A DNA stretch of 64,000 nucleotides from a virus (lineage: Duplodnaviria > Caudoviricetes), in the IMG/VR virus record IMGVR_UViG_3300021400_000347, positions 1 through 64,000 of that record. One strand, 5' to 3'. The notes under the pieces were generated by a model. It saw only the letters and a program-made list of their open reading frames with translations. It was not told the DNA's origin and made no database searches. Position numbers and translations under genes: made by a program. Below are positions 17,304 through 29,095 of this stretch, in pieces (within the stretch, counting starts at the first letter, position 1; each line of letters starts with the position of its first letter).

Positions 17304-19286
17304 ATGGCTGAAAATAATGCAGCAATTAACATGCAAGATGCAATATTTTATCCAACAGATTTAAACTATGTTTTTTTTACATCATTAGAGGAATCTGAAA
17401 TTTATAAAAATAGACTGCCCGGTGGGATAGCTTCATTAATCTCAAACTTAACTTTTGAGCCAAATGGCATATCTAAAGAGTCCACTCGGATGAAAAATGC
17501 ATTAAAATTTTTAAGCGATGCAAAAAATGCTGCTCGCAGCTAGGAAATAGCTGCAATTAAATATTTTAAAGAACAAATAGAAAGTAAATTTGGTGGGAAA
17601 GGGAAAGTACCGGAAAAAATACAAGATTCTTTAAATGCAATAGATAAAGGTGAAGAAAATATATCAAGAATTGTAATTGCTTTTCGTGCATTAAGGCAAC
17701 GCGTTGATGAATATAAACGTTTATTACAAGAAAAAGGTGCTCCATATTTTGAAACACAAGTCCAAAAAATGGCAGAGAGTTTTATTTTAGCGCCTTAGCT
17801 ACAACAAGATACGATAAACATAGAACTAGCTTAGAAAAAAACAGGAGAAACTGAATTCGAGACCCTGGCAGTCGCACGAGAAATGTATACAGATATACGC
17901 GGTATAATTGATGCACAATTAGGCCAACAAATTAAACAAGTAGCAACTACAATTGCATCTTATCTCCCAAAATATAATCCTCAGTAGATCGTACAATTAC
18001 TTTATACTGCTATTTTTATTGATTATTCTTTTTATATTAGTAATTCAATCACACCTGAGTCAATTAATGCTATTTTAGAGCAGGCAGTCTAGCCATCAAC
18101 TTTTAACAACTATTTATCCAACAAAACATTATTCTCCCAATATATAGCTAATCCAAGTCAATATATTGAACAATTAAAACATAGTATAACAAGTTTACAA
18201 GATCAATTAGGTATTTAGATACTTAATCGTAGTATGTTAAAAAAAATGACTCAAACAGTGAATGCCGCAAAAAAAGACAAAAAGAAATCTCCAAAGGATA
18301 CCCGTTGGTTTAGAAACGCAAAGAAAATTGCTAAAAATACAGCAACAAAACAAAAAGATGCTGTTACTGTTAAATTTCACACAAAACAATCTCATGGTTT
18401 TATGAATGAGGCTATGCTCACTATTTTTTAGCCCGCGGTAAATGTAAAAGCAAATGTTGGTATTGATAACATTGTTGAGCTAGGTGAAGTTGAGTTTAAA
18501 TTTCCATCTTTATTACCTAAGTTAAATGATGCATTAACGAGCCATTTTAATGCCTTATTAAAAAAAGATAATCCTCTTGATGGAACTATAGAAACAAATA
18601 TAGAGTATCAACAAAAATTAACTGGTGATATCAGTGATGCAATTAGGGCAGCAATAACATAGCGTCAACAAGAATTATCCGAGATTGAAGGCATTATAGA
18701 TGAGTTCATCAGTTATGAAACTTTAAAATTATATACGCAAAGAGTAGGCGATTCATTAAGTGGACGTTCCATGGTAATTGAAAATGCATTAGGTAAAATT
18801 GGAGCTGGTTTATCTGCAGATGGATTAACCCCTGCCGATATTATCTCCTTAAAACCATATATATTAAATTTAACCACATCAACCTTAGGTGGGAATAATA
18901 AACCAAAATTAGAAGAATATCTTTCTTATTTTTCTGCTCTATTGATGTTTGATGATTTACCAGGAATTGTTGATCCTGTTATAAAGGCTGCGAAGCAAGT
19001 ACAAGTACATTAGCTCTATATTTATAATTTTTAGAACTAGCAATACCCAATGTCAGTAGTTTTAGAGTATTTACTTAATTTTTTTAACGATTTAAATAAA
19101 TTCTATACAGATGCATTTTATGCTGAAATTACACAGCCAGAAAATTTAAACGTATTAAATACAGAAACATCAGCAACCACTGAGACAGCATGGAATACAA
19201 TAAGAGATTACACTTGGAGTAATACAAAACTAGAATTACATATGTCTTGGAATATGTTAGCTGCATTAGAATCATTACTCTCATAA
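17304..19286 (+). CDS. Large hypothetical protein, 660 aa, TAG-rich (possibly virion-associated)
   Basis: RBS ggaggtg; four track fragments in one frame separated by TAG. Confidence 0.75.
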
Positions 19287-19304
19287 ATCGGAGGTGATCC
19301 CACA

Positions 19305-19739
19305 ATGACCACAGAGTAGATAGTAAGTTGGCTTATCACAAACATTATACCTGTAGTATGTATTTTGTCCACGATAATCCAAGTTGCACCAATCAAATGG
19401 AATCCAATAACTTCATTTATAAATTGGCTGGGTAAAATAATCACGGCCGATTTAGATGAAAAGATGGATGAGTTAACTGAAACAGTTGATGACATCCAAG
19501 AGCAAGTTGATGAAAATGAGAAAGACCGAATCCGTTATGAGGTACTAAGTTTCGCAAACTCATGTAGAAACAATTGTAATCATACTAAAGAAGAATTTGA
19601 TCACATCATTGATCTCAACGACAAATACCAAGTATTACTTAACAAGACTAAAGATAAAAATGGCGTCTTTGAAGCTGAATACGAATATATTCAAGAGCTA
19701 TACAGAGATCGCCAGAAAAACAATACCTTTTTAAAGTAA
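19305..19739 (+). CDS. Lysis-cassette membrane protein (holin-adjacent); TAG at codon 5
   Basis: RBS ggaggt; N-terminal TM, IQVAPIKWNP motif. Confidence 0.7.
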
Positions 19740-19752
19740 GGAGGAGATTCTT

Positions 19753-19965
19753 ATGAAGAACTTCAAACAATGGATTAAGGCCGCGGGCATCCGCGCGATC
19801 AAGACTGTAGCTCAAACTGCTGTAGCCACAATTGGCACCAGCGCTCTTCTCTCCGAGGTTAATTGGCTAGTAGTTGGCTCTGCTTCTCTACTTGCCGGTA
19901 TTCTAAGCCTACTCACCAGCGTTGCTGGACTACCCGAGGTACCTGACGAACCAGAAGAGAATTAA
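19753..19965 (+). CDS. Holin, r1t family
   Basis: WIKAAGIRAIKTVAQTAVATIG..SLLTSVAGLPEV. Confidence 0.88.
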   Translation: MKNFKQWIKAAGIRAIKTVAQTAVATIGTSALLSEVNWLVVGSASLLAGILSLLTSVAGLPEVPDEPEEN

Positions 19966-20025
19966 ATACTTGCCTTTTACTAAAAATTATGCTATAATAT
20001 AAAAAAGTGAAAGGAGAAAGAAAAT

Positions 20026-20526
20026 ATGGAACGCCGCAGTAAAGAAAAAGTAATTCCACTAGAAATTTACACCGACGGCTCTTCAAAACAATCCCCTGAC
20101 CGCCATCTATTTGGCGGTTGGGCTTTTGTGGCAGTTAATGATAGCAAGGAGATATACTATGGTAGTGCGGGGCAACTCGGCGCTACTAATCAAAGAATGG
20201 AATTAGAGGCCATTCGTCAAGCGTTGAAGTATGCTGAAAGTGCGCGCGAACCTAATCAGCGCGTAATTGTATATAGTGATTCTGCCTATGCTATCAACTG
20301 CCAACGCCAGCACTGGTATTACAGTTGGATGAATAATGGTTGGGTGAACTCAAAAGGGGAACCTGTTGCCAATAGGGATTTATGGGAAGAGATCATTCCA
20401 TACTTTGATAATTTTTGGTATACTTTCACTAAGGTCGCTGGACATTCCGGTATATATTGGAATGAACGTTGCGACAAACTAGCACAAGGCGAAGCGGAAA
20501 AATTAAAATTCACGCGCAGAGGTTAA
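20026..20526 (+). CDS. rnhA: Ribonuclease HI
   Basis: YTDGS, TNQRMEL, SDSAY, NRDLW, KVAGHSG..NERCDKLA; promoter at 19970-19998. Confidence 0.93.
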   Translation: MERRSKEKVIPLEIYTDGSSKQSPDRHLFGGWAFVAVNDSKEIYYGSAGQLGATNQRMELEAIRQALKYAESAREPNQRVIVYSDSAYAINCQRQHWYYSWMNNGWVNSKGEPVANRDLWEEIIPYFDNFWYTFTKVAGHSGIYWNERCDKLAQGEAEKLKFTRRG

Positions 20527-20530
20527 AATA

Positions 20531-20848
20531 ATGGATAATGAAATTTTTGAAGTAAGCTACGAGGAGTATATGGGATTCCTAAATTAGATCAAAAAGGACG
20601 CATATTTTACTACCCTAACTGAATATGAAGAATTGAAAGTCCTTGAAGTCTATAGTAAGAAAACTAATAAGCTTCTCGCGCGGCAGACTGTTAATCCAGA
20701 TGAAGAAAAAAAGTTCTATGTAATTGAAATGCCTGATGATGACGAGCGTAAAGAAGCGCCTCGTGTCAGGCAAATCCGCCTAGAAACAGAGGAAGAAGTA
20801 AAGCAATTCTTTGAGGTTCTTATGAAGGCGGTGAAGAAAGATGATTGA
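20531..20848 (+). CDS. Hypothetical protein (one TAG=Gln)
   Basis: RBS gaggt; extends track ORF upstream through TAG. Confidence 0.65.
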
Positions 20849-21056
20849 ACTATTCACAGATATTCCTGAATATGAGAAACAAATGGTTGAGCTATTAGTA
20901 AACACTGCTTTATTACAAGATGACTTGTTTAAGGCAGGAAAAATGTTAGAAGACTACCGCAAGTTATGCGACGAGGATCTTCAGGAATATATGGATTTCT
21001 ATTTTCATTTAAAATTGGAGGAACTACAACGTGAAAACCCTAATAATCAGCGGTAA
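20841..21056 (+). CDS. Hypothetical protein
   Basis: Overlapping ORF. Confidence 0.6.
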   Translation: MIELFTDIPEYEKQMVELLVNTALLQDDLFKAGKMLEDYRKLCDEDLQEYMDFYFHLKLEELQRENPNNQR

Positions 21057-21567
21057 GAGCGGTTCCGGTAAGGACGCAATTACATAGAAGCTAATTGAAA
21101 AATTAAATGATAAGCGTATTCTTGTAATACACTATGGCGATTTAGTTAAGTTTTATTGTAAAGAGTTTTATAATTGGGACGGAAATAAGGACGAAGCAGG
21201 GCGTTCATTGCTTCAGCATCTCGGCACGGATACCGTGCGCGCGCAGTACCCAGATTATTGGGCTGTAGCAGTAGCACAGTTTGCTAACGCAGTGCGCAAT
21301 GACTTTGACTACTGTTTCATTCCAGACGCACGATTCCCAAATGAAATTGAAGTAACGAAGCGATATCTACCAGAAGCAAAAACAGTTAGATTGAATCGTT
21401 TTTTGCCCAATGGTACACCGTGGAATAGTCCTCTTCTAACAGAGGAGCAGCGCCAGCATCCTAGCGAGATTTCACTTGACAACTGGCAATGGTTTGACTA
21501 TAAAATGGATTATTGTGATTTAGATGTACTGGCAGATTATATAATGACCTACATATTGGAGGAGTAA
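21031..21567 (+). CDS. Deoxynucleoside monophosphate kinase (one TAG=Gln)
   Basis: P-loop SGKSGSGKD, RxLLQxLGTD, DARFPNE, HPSE. Confidence 0.85.
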
Positions 21568-22683
21568 ATGAATTACTTTGAAAGTGAACCGATGAAGTAT
21601 TGGAGCTCTCCAGCTTCTATGTCCCCGCAGCAGAAACGTTTCAAACTGGAACAAATGTGTGATAGCGGCGATTACATCGCCTGTGAAAAAACAGACGGAA
21701 ACTGGAGTCGAGCTGTGCTAACATCGACCCGTTCTGCGTTACAGACGAGAGGAATTAGTAAAACAACTGGCACTTACGGAGAGATTCAAGATAAAGTGTT
21801 GTTCTGGGAAAATGTACTAAACGCGCATTGGACTGGCACAACTGTCATCCTAGGTGAAGTCTTTCGGCCAGGAGAGATTGATAAGGATATTGGTTCAACC
21901 TTGAGGTGTCTAGCTCCAAAAGCACTTGCGCGGCAAAAAGATAACCCCCTAAGATGGCGCATTTTTGATGTACTGTGTATTGACGGTACGGATTTAATGA
22001 ACACCCCTTTTGAAAAACGTTTAAGCTATGTCGAGGAAGTAGTTAAACGTATTAATTCTCCTCTTGTAGAAGGAGTAAAACATTTCCCAATGGACAGCAC
22101 CTTTTTTGATAAAATTGGTGAAATCTTTGCTGCTGGCGGTGAAGGAGTTGTATGCTACAAGCGCACCGCATTATATGAACCGGGGAAGCGTGGCCCGCAC
22201 GCGTGGGATAGCCTAAAAGTAAAGCAAGAAATCTCATCTGACATTGATTGCTTTATTCTCGCGCCAGTCCCCTGCGAACGCAACTACAATGGCGGTGAGA
22301 TTAGCCATTGGCAATATTGGGAGAATTCACGCACAGGTGAAAAACTTATCGGTGAATATTTTGGAGAATATCAGGCAGGAGGCCCGTATATTCCTATTTC
22401 TAAAAATTATTATTTTGGCTGGCCCGCTAGTATTACTGTTGGAGTTTTTGACAATAAGGGAAATATTGTTGAACTCTGTAAGGTAGCAGGCTTGACAGAA
22501 GATTTTAAAGAAGCATTGCGTACAGATTTTGATACAGAATGGTATATGTGCCCTGTAAGCATCAGCGGAATGATGGTATCTACCGCGCGCGAAAATATAT
22601 CCATTCGTCACCCTATTCTCAAGGCAATCCGCAAGGGTGATATTGATCCAAAAGATTGTACGCTATCAAAAATTATTAGTTAA
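21568..22683 (+). CDS. ATP-dependent DNA ligase
   Basis: EKTDG, LGEV, IFDVL, EGVV, LKVK, RHP..R. Confidence 0.85.
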   Translation: MNYFESEPMKYWSSPASMSPQQKRFKLEQMCDSGDYIACEKTDGNWSRAVLTSTRSALQTRGISKTTGTYGEIQDKVLFWENVLNAHWTGTTVILGEVFRPGEIDKDIGSTLRCLAPKALARQKDNPLRWRIFDVLCIDGTDLMNTPFEKRLSYVEEVVKRINSPLVEGVKHFPMDSTFFDKIGEIFAAGGEGVVCYKRTALYEPGKRGPHAWDSLKVKQEISSDIDCFILAPVPCERNYNGGEISHWQYWENSRTGEKLIGEYFGEYQAGGPYIPISKNYYFGWPASITVGVFDNKGNIVELCKVAGLTEDFKEALRTDFDTEWYMCPVSISGMMVSTARENISIRHPILKAIRKGDIDPKDCTLSKIIS

Positions 22684-22710
22684 GTTACTATAAGTAACGA
22701 GGAGATAAAT

Positions 22711-23316
22711 ATGGGATTAGATTTTGATATTTTAGAAGTTCCACTACAGACTAACATTAATCCAGTTGACTATCAGTACTTCCATCAGCTTATGGATAAT
22801 AGAACCATTATTTTTAATACTGAAGCCAATGAGGAAATTATTGAACGTGTATATCTTCCACTTAAGGATTTTGAAGAGGATGATAGCACAAGTCCTGTAA
22901 CTTTAATTATGAATTCTCCGGGTGGCTCTGTGTCTGACAGCTTCTTCCTCGCATATTATCTGGCCACCTATAAAAAGCCCTTAACTGTAATTATCCCCGG
23001 TTACGCGGCCTCAATGGCTACTGTTATTTTGTGTGGCGGTGGGAAGAACCCTAATGTGACCAGAGTATGCTATCCTAGCTCTTATGCACTAATCCACGAT
23101 GGTTATGTAGCGCTAAGCTCTAGTGAGGCCAAGACTGCTGAAGATATTATGGCATTTAATAAAAGCGTTGATGGACAAATTAGAAACTTTATTATTGAAA
23201 ATACCAACATTACTCCCGAATTATTCGATTCCAAGACCCGTCATCAATGGTTTATTAATGCGACAGAAATGAAGGAATTGGGTCTTATTGATAAAATAAT
23301 CGGAAGTGATGACTAA
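22711..23316 (+). CDS. clpP: ClpP-family protease
   Basis: MNSPGGSV, AASMA, LIHD, ELGLIDKI. Confidence 0.82.
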   Translation: MGLDFDILEVPLQTNINPVDYQYFHQLMDNRTIIFNTEANEEIIERVYLPLKDFEEDDSTSPVTLIMNSPGGSVSDSFFLAYYLATYKKPLTVIIPGYAASMATVILCGGGKNPNVTRVCYPSSYALIHDGYVALSSSEAKTAEDIMAFNKSVDGQIRNFIIENTNITPELFDSKTRHQWFINATEMKELGLIDKIIGSDD

Positions 23317-24539
23317 TGCAAAGTTTTCTAGACACATCAGCTATTCTTGATGGCGCATTAGATAGAACCGTTGAGCCTGTAATAAGTCCTTTAGTTCTTA
23401 CTGAACTAGAGGGCTTAAAGCATTCAACAGTTCCAGAGGTTGCTTATTAGGCAAGAAAAGCAATCAAAGAGATCCTTGGCTCTTTAAAATCAATAGAGGT
23501 GCCAATGATTGATTAGAAAAAAGTAGATAAACTGATAAAAACGTATAGCTTCTTAACCAATATTAACGATCACCGGTTGCTTTGCGAGGCTGAGCTATTC
23601 GCGCGCAGGCTACCTGAGCCACTCGAGTTTATTACCAGTGACATTGCTTTATATTTGTTTTCTCTACAAATGCCGCATTTAACTGGTAAATATTATTAGG
23701 ATAAAGAGCGCGATGTGGTTGATGAATATACTGGATGGACAGATTATTACCCAGATGATAACCAACTCAATTTAATCTATTCATCTCCGCAAACCAATGT
23801 TCTTAAATGTCGTACTAATGAGTTTGCGAAAATCTATCAGGACGGTAAGGTCGCAGATGTATTAATTTGGGATGGAAGCCAATATAGAAATCTAAAATAC
23901 AAGCCTTTTACCGCACCAACTGGCGAAACTATTTCTCCACGCAATCTAGAATAGAAAATGTATTTAGATTTACTTCAAAATGATAAAATACCAATTAAAC
24001 TATGTGTTGGTAATTTTGGTACTGGTAAATCTATGTTTGCCGAAACATGGGCAATCCATTAGGTAATGCAAGGCAAATATGATAAAATAGTATTTGTAAA
24101 AAATAATTTGGATGTAAAAGGCGCAGGAAAATTAGGTACTTTACCAGGGAACGAAATAGATAAACAATACCCCTGGCTACGACAAATTGAAGATCATATG
24201 GGAGTTCAATTGTTTGAGCAATATCTTGATCAGGGCATTATTGAACCTGCTCACCTATCTACCCTGCGCGGGCGCGACCTTAAAAACTCTATCATTTTAG
24301 TTGACGAAGCAGAGAATTTGCTTACTACAAACATCCAGCTTCTTTTAGGTCGTGTATCAGAAAATAGCCAAATTATTTTCTGCGCTGATATTAAACAATG
24401 CGATTATAAGGATACAACGATGAGTGGGATTCCTAAATTAATTAGCAGCTTAGCCGGCCATCCGTTGTTTGGAATGGTTAAGCTAAAGAAATCCGAGCGT
24501 AGTCTTGTAGCTGCTTGCGCAGACTTACTAGACAAATAA
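23316..24539 (+). CDS. phoH: PIN-PhoH family protein (about five TAG=Gln)
   Basis: PIN LDTS..LTELE..DHRL..TSD; PRNLE*K, GNFGTGKS, LRGRD, DEAEN. Confidence 0.85.
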
Positions 24540-24623
24540 TTGGGGCGGCAACGCCCCAACTTATTTTTTTGACTTTTTTTAGAAAATGTGATATAATAAA
24601 GAAAAAAGGATCGGAGGATACTT

Positions 24624-24920
24624 ATGAAGTATTTTACAACATTTTGGCAAGACTTTGATATCGCGGATGTTTATGGCGAAGAAGCAATTTGCGATACGGC
24701 TTCGCGCGCGTATGAGGAATGGAAAGATGATATTGAGTATCTTACAGAACTTGTAATGATTATCAACCATAAAAGTTGGTATTATTATGAGAAAGATAAT
24801 ATGGACTTATGTCAGGTATACACAGAACTTTATTATGAATATTATGATAAGGCTCTTTCGTATATTGAAAAAAATGGTTCCAAAGAAGATTTACGATACT
24901 TTGTTCAAACTTTGGATTAA
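24624..24920 (+). CDS. Hypothetical protein
   Basis: Promoter 24569-24597, RBS ggagg. Confidence 0.7.
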   Translation: MKYFTTFWQDFDIADVYGEEAICDTASRAYEEWKDDIEYLTELVMIINHKSWYYYEKDNMDLCQVYTELYYEYYDKALSYIEKNGSKEDLRYFVQTLD

Positions 24921-24934
24921 TGGAGGAAAATTAA

Positions 24935-25540
24935 ATGAAAGACAGGCCACTCGGATATCTTGGTGGCGATATTATGACACGAGGTTCTAACCTCGCGCGC
25001 CAAGAGGAATATGACAAGTTTAAAGAAGCAAACATCCCTGGAGAAGTTTATAGCCCAGTTCAAAACAAATCAATTAACGATAAGTCAAATATGACAGAAG
25101 AAGAAAATAATCATCTAGCGGAGAAGATTGTAGAAGCAGATGTAGAACGTCTATGGAATAGTGATTATACGGTTCTATGTCCAGAGCAGAGCGCAATTGG
25201 CACAATGTGCGAAATGGGAATCCTTTATGGATGGAAGTATATGTCAGACAAACTTTTAGAAATTTACCGTAAAGGAATGTTTGATAATAGTAAAAGTTAT
25301 GAAGAAGCTCTAGAGGATGTCGTGCGCGAAGTCGCGCGAATCTCTGATCAGCAAAATTACGCCCATTACTTCGATATCCGTACTAACCATCTAAATGAGA
25401 AAGACTGGCGACGTAGCTTTTCAATCAATCAATTCCTCTATGGAATTATTTTATACGCAACTGCTGATCACACGCTCCACAATTCTTTTGATGAAATTAT
25501 TCCCATTCTTAAGGAGAAGTTTGATGAATCACGAAGTTAA
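24935..25540 (+). CDS. Nucleoside 2-deoxyribosyltransferase superfamily protein
   Basis: YLGG, VYSP, D..RL..SD, GTMCEMG (catalytic Glu position), SINQF. Confidence 0.7.
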   Translation: MKDRPLGYLGGDIMTRGSNLARQEEYDKFKEANIPGEVYSPVQNKSINDKSNMTEEENNHLAEKIVEADVERLWNSDYTVLCPEQSAIGTMCEMGILYGWKYMSDKLLEIYRKGMFDNSKSYEEALEDVVREVARISDQQNYAHYFDIRTNHLNEKDWRRSFSINQFLYGIILYATADHTLHNSFDEIIPILKEKFDESRS

Positions 25541-26054
25541 AATGTTAAGCAGCTATAAATATCATTCAACTGCTGCTAAGCCACTACGCGATGCGAACTG
25601 GCAAGAAACTAAATATTCTCTTAAGCTTGATACTTATAAACATAAAAATTCAGCATTTTGGGATTGGCTACTCGTTACAGTCTTTGACGATGAACGCAAT
25701 CCAATCTGTCAATTTGTTCACAATCACCGGACACTTCCGCAACCAATTTATACTGTACAAAATAACAATGAGTATATTATTACTTCGCGCGATTATCGTT
25801 GTATTTCTATTTATAATATAACGACAAAAACATTTACAGATTACACTTATCCGGATGATAATGACGATTTTGTCAATAATCGTACACTTTGTCCAGAGAT
25901 CTATGAATGGGACACCCAGACTGATACTCTAACTGTTACCGGTAGTAAATGGGGAGGCCCGGAAGAAATTATGATCTTAGAACACGTTAATCTTGATAAT
26001 ATTGATATGTCTAAACCTAAGTGGAAAGACTATTATTCATATGAAGGAGAATGA
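25524..26054 (+). CDS. Hypothetical protein
   Basis: RBS aaggag. Confidence 0.65.
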   Translation: MNHEVKMLSSYKYHSTAAKPLRDANWQETKYSLKLDTYKHKNSAFWDWLLVTVFDDERNPICQFVHNHRTLPQPIYTVQNNNEYIITSRDYRCISIYNITTKTFTDYTYPDDNDDFVNNRTLCPEIYEWDTQTDTLTVTGSKWGGPEEIMILEHVNLDNIDMSKPKWKDYYSYEGE

Positions 26055-27322
26055 TTATGCTATATAATATTAATGATAAGCTACCCTTTCGGCGCCTAAT
26101 TGTCGCCGCATTCCAGTAGGTTATTGCCTGCTTTGTTGCCACCGTTCTTATTCCATCTATCTGCGGCGTACCTATCGCACCGGCTATGGTAGGCGCAGCA
26201 GTTGGTACTCTTATCTATCAGCTATGTACGCGCGGCCAGAGCCCTATGTTTATCAGCTCTTCCGGTGGATTTGTTGCCGCGGTAATTGGCGCGCTGACGC
26301 TTGGAACTGCGCCTAACTTTACGGCAGTTCTAATTGGCGGTATTATTGTATGTCTTATTTATTGTATTGTCGGTCTAGTAATTAACAAGTGTGGAACAGC
26401 TTGGATTAATAAGCTTTTGCCGCCATATGTCATTGGCCCGGTTGTTATGGTAATCGGTCTAAATCTAGCCACTTTCCTACCTACCTATTTTCAAGTAAAT
26501 GGTGAATATAGCTTAATCGGTTTTGGCCTTGGCATGCTAACCTTGGTTATCACGGCACTAATTTCTCATTATGGCAAAGGCTTTATTAAGAACCTACCAT
26601 TCCTATTCTCAATCTTTATCGTATATGGACTGTCTGTAATTCTTACACTCTGCGGCGTTCCAATTGTTAATTTTGAGCCATTCCATAATTTACAGATTTT
26701 TCAGATGCCAGATTTCTCATTCTTCCATCTTGATTTTGTAAACTTTGATTGGGGTCTAATGCCACAGATTCTACTGCTATTCGCGCCTTTATCCCTTGTA
26801 TGCCTATGCGAGCATATTTCTGATCATAAGGCTTTAAGCGCAGTTATTGGCACAGATCTAACCCAAAATCCTGGTGTTGGTCACACTCTAATTGGCGATG
26901 GCATTGCTACAGCTTTTGGTACCCTAATTGGCGCAATCCCCAATACTTCTTATGGAGAAAGTGTAGGTACAACTGGCTTCAGCAAGATTTGCTCAAAGTA
27001 TGTAATTACGCTAGCTGCCGTTATTATGGGTGTCGCCGCATTCTTTGGACCCCTACAGGCATTACTCGTTTCTCTTCCATCAGCAATCTTTGGTGGCTGT
27101 GCGGCCATTTTGTATGGTTACATTACCCTCTCTGGTGTACGCACCATTAAGGATAATAATCTTGACCTAAATGATAATAAGATTGTTACCATTATTGCCG
27201 CGATTCTAACTATCGGTGTATCTGGTGTAGTTTGTAACTTTGGAGTAGTAAGTATTGGTACAACGGCTCTTGCGATGATTATTGGTATTATTCTGAATTT
27301 AATTTTAAGGGAGAAAAATTAA
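26051..27322 (+). CDS. NCS2 uracil/xanthine permease, UraA-like (TAG=Gln at 26117)
   Basis: FQ*VIA, SSSGGF, EHISD, GDG, PNTSYGESVG; multi-TM. Confidence 0.88.
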
Positions 27323-27323
27323 T

Positions 27324-28634
27324 ATGAATTTTCTAGATAAACATTTTCACATTACCGAACGTGGTTCTACAATTGGCCGCGAAATTATTGGCGGCCTCGT
27401 AACCTTTATGGCTATGGCCTATATTATCTTTGTAAATCCGTCCATTCTGGGAGCCACCGGAATGGACTACACTGCGTTGACTTTGGCTACCTGTATTAGC
27501 GCCGCAGTCGGTACCCTTCTAACCGCCTTTATGGCTAACGTACCTTTCGCGCAAGCGCCTGGCCTGGGAATTAATGCACTGTTTACATACACACTATGTA
27601 TGAAGATTGGTTATAGCTGGCAGCAATGCCTTGCTATTACCTTCATTAGCGGCATTATTTTTCTAGCTATTACTCTGTCACCTCTGCGCAATAAGATTAT
27701 TGAAGCTATTCCTGCACAACTTAAGCGCGCGATTAGTGTAGGCATTGGTCTATTTATTGCTCTAATCGGTCTAATTAATGCTGGTATTGTAACCGCTAAT
27801 AATAATCTACTTGACCTTGGCGCAATCACTTCTGACGCACCACTACTAGCTCTAATTGGTCTATTTATCACTTCAATTCTACTTGTATTTAAGGTACGTG
27901 GAGCAATCCTATACGCAATTATTGCTACGACTCTAATTGGCATCCCGCTTGGCGTAACCAATACAGCTGTATCTTTCAATTTTGAAAATTTATCTATTGC
28001 CCCAACATTTATGAAGCTATCATTTACAGGTCTAACTGCGCTAGGTGTATTCCCACTAATTACATCCGTACTAACTCTATGTATGTGCGATTGCTTTGAT
28101 ACTGTTGGCACACTAACAGGTTGCGCAACTGGATGCGATATGCTTGATGAAGATGGGAACATGAAGAGTAAGGATATGTCTCGCGCACTTACTGCTGATG
28201 CACTTGCTACTGTTGGTGGTTCATTACTTGGTACAAGTACTGTTACTACTTTCGTTGAAAGTTCTACTGGTGTAGCCGCTGGCGCACGTACAGGTCTTGC
28301 TTCCATTGTTACTGGTGTACTATTCTTACTTGCTTGCCTATTTGCTCCAATTGCAGGTATCGTTCCATCTGCGGCTACTGCGCCAGCACTAATTATTGTT
28401 GGTATCTTTATGATGAAGAACGTAACCTATATTGATTGGACTGATATGGAGATTGCTATCCCAGCTTTCCTAACAATCGCTATGATGCCGTTTGCTTATT
28501 CAATTAGTGATGGTATTGGATTTGGTATGATTGCTTATGTACTGCTCAAAGCCGTTCGTGGAAAGTTTAAGGAAGTTCCAATTCTAATGTATATCTTAGC
28601 TGCTTTATTCGTAGTAATGTATATTGTAGCCTAA
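27324..28634 (+). CDS. NCS2 AzgA/PbuG-type purine permease
   Basis: EIIGGLVTFMAMAYIIFVNP, APGLG, FDTVGT, TFVESSTGV..GARTG, SISDGIGFG. Confidence 0.92.
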   Translation: MNFLDKHFHITERGSTIGREIIGGLVTFMAMAYIIFVNPSILGATGMDYTALTLATCISAAVGTLLTAFMANVPFAQAPGLGINALFTYTLCMKIGYSWQQCLAITFISGIIFLAITLSPLRNKIIEAIPAQLKRAISVGIGLFIALIGLINAGIVTANNNLLDLGAITSDAPLLALIGLFITSILLVFKVRGAILYAIIATTLIGIPLGVTNTAVSFNFENLSIAPTFMKLSFTGLTALGVFPLITSVLTLCMCDCFDTVGTLTGCATGCDMLDEDGNMKSKDMSRALTADALATVGGSLLGTSTVTTFVESSTGVAAGARTGLASIVTGVLFLLACLFAPIAGIVPSAATAPALIIVGIFMMKNVTYIDWTDMEIAIPAFLTIAMMPFAYSISDGIGFGMIAYVLLKAVRGKFKEVPILMYILAALFVVMYIVA

Positions 28635-28640
28635 TAATAC

Positions 28641-28697
28641 GGAGAGGTCAAAAATTGACCTCTCCTATTTGACTTTTCTCAAAAATTTTGTTATAAT
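28641..28697 (+). promoter_or_regulatory. Terminator-like hairpin containing an iteron copy, followed by sigmaA promoter
   Basis: ggagaGGTCAAAAATTGACCtctcc; TTGACT 28669, TATAAT 28692. Confidence 0.75.
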
Positions 28698-28750
28698 ATA
28701 TGTATAAAGTGAAAAGGGAGAAAATTTGCTATGAAGAGTGGTATATTTAG

Positions 28751-29095
28751 ATGAATTATGAAAATCAATTGCGAATTAATATAATTGACTTTGATAAAAT
28801 TACTCATAAAGAAGGTACTGCCAATCAATTCCTTCAGCCCATTAATTGGGAACATTTTGATAAAGCACTATCACAACTCAGTGGTAATGCTTTTAAATTG
28901 TGGTTGTATCTCTTACGATGGGAAGGAAAAAAATATTATGAATTTTCTCCGACACACTTATGCGAAGCTTTAAACATTGGCAGCCGTAATACTGTAAAAA
29001 ATGCAAAGGAAGAATTAATTAAAAATAATTATTTAGCATATAGAAGCGGAAATGTATATGAGTTCTATCCGTGCGGCGATGCGGTCAAAAATTGA
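28751..29095 (+). CDS. Winged-helix DNA-binding protein, putative origin-binding initiator
   Basis: LSGNAFKLWLYL..LCEALNIGSRNTVKNAKEELIKNNYL; abuts iterons. Confidence 0.65.
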   Translation: MNYENQLRINIIDFDKITHKEGTANQFLQPINWEHFDKALSQLSGNAFKLWLYLLRWEGKKYYEFSPTHLCEALNIGSRNTVKNAKEELIKNNYLAYRSGNVYEFYPCGDAVKN

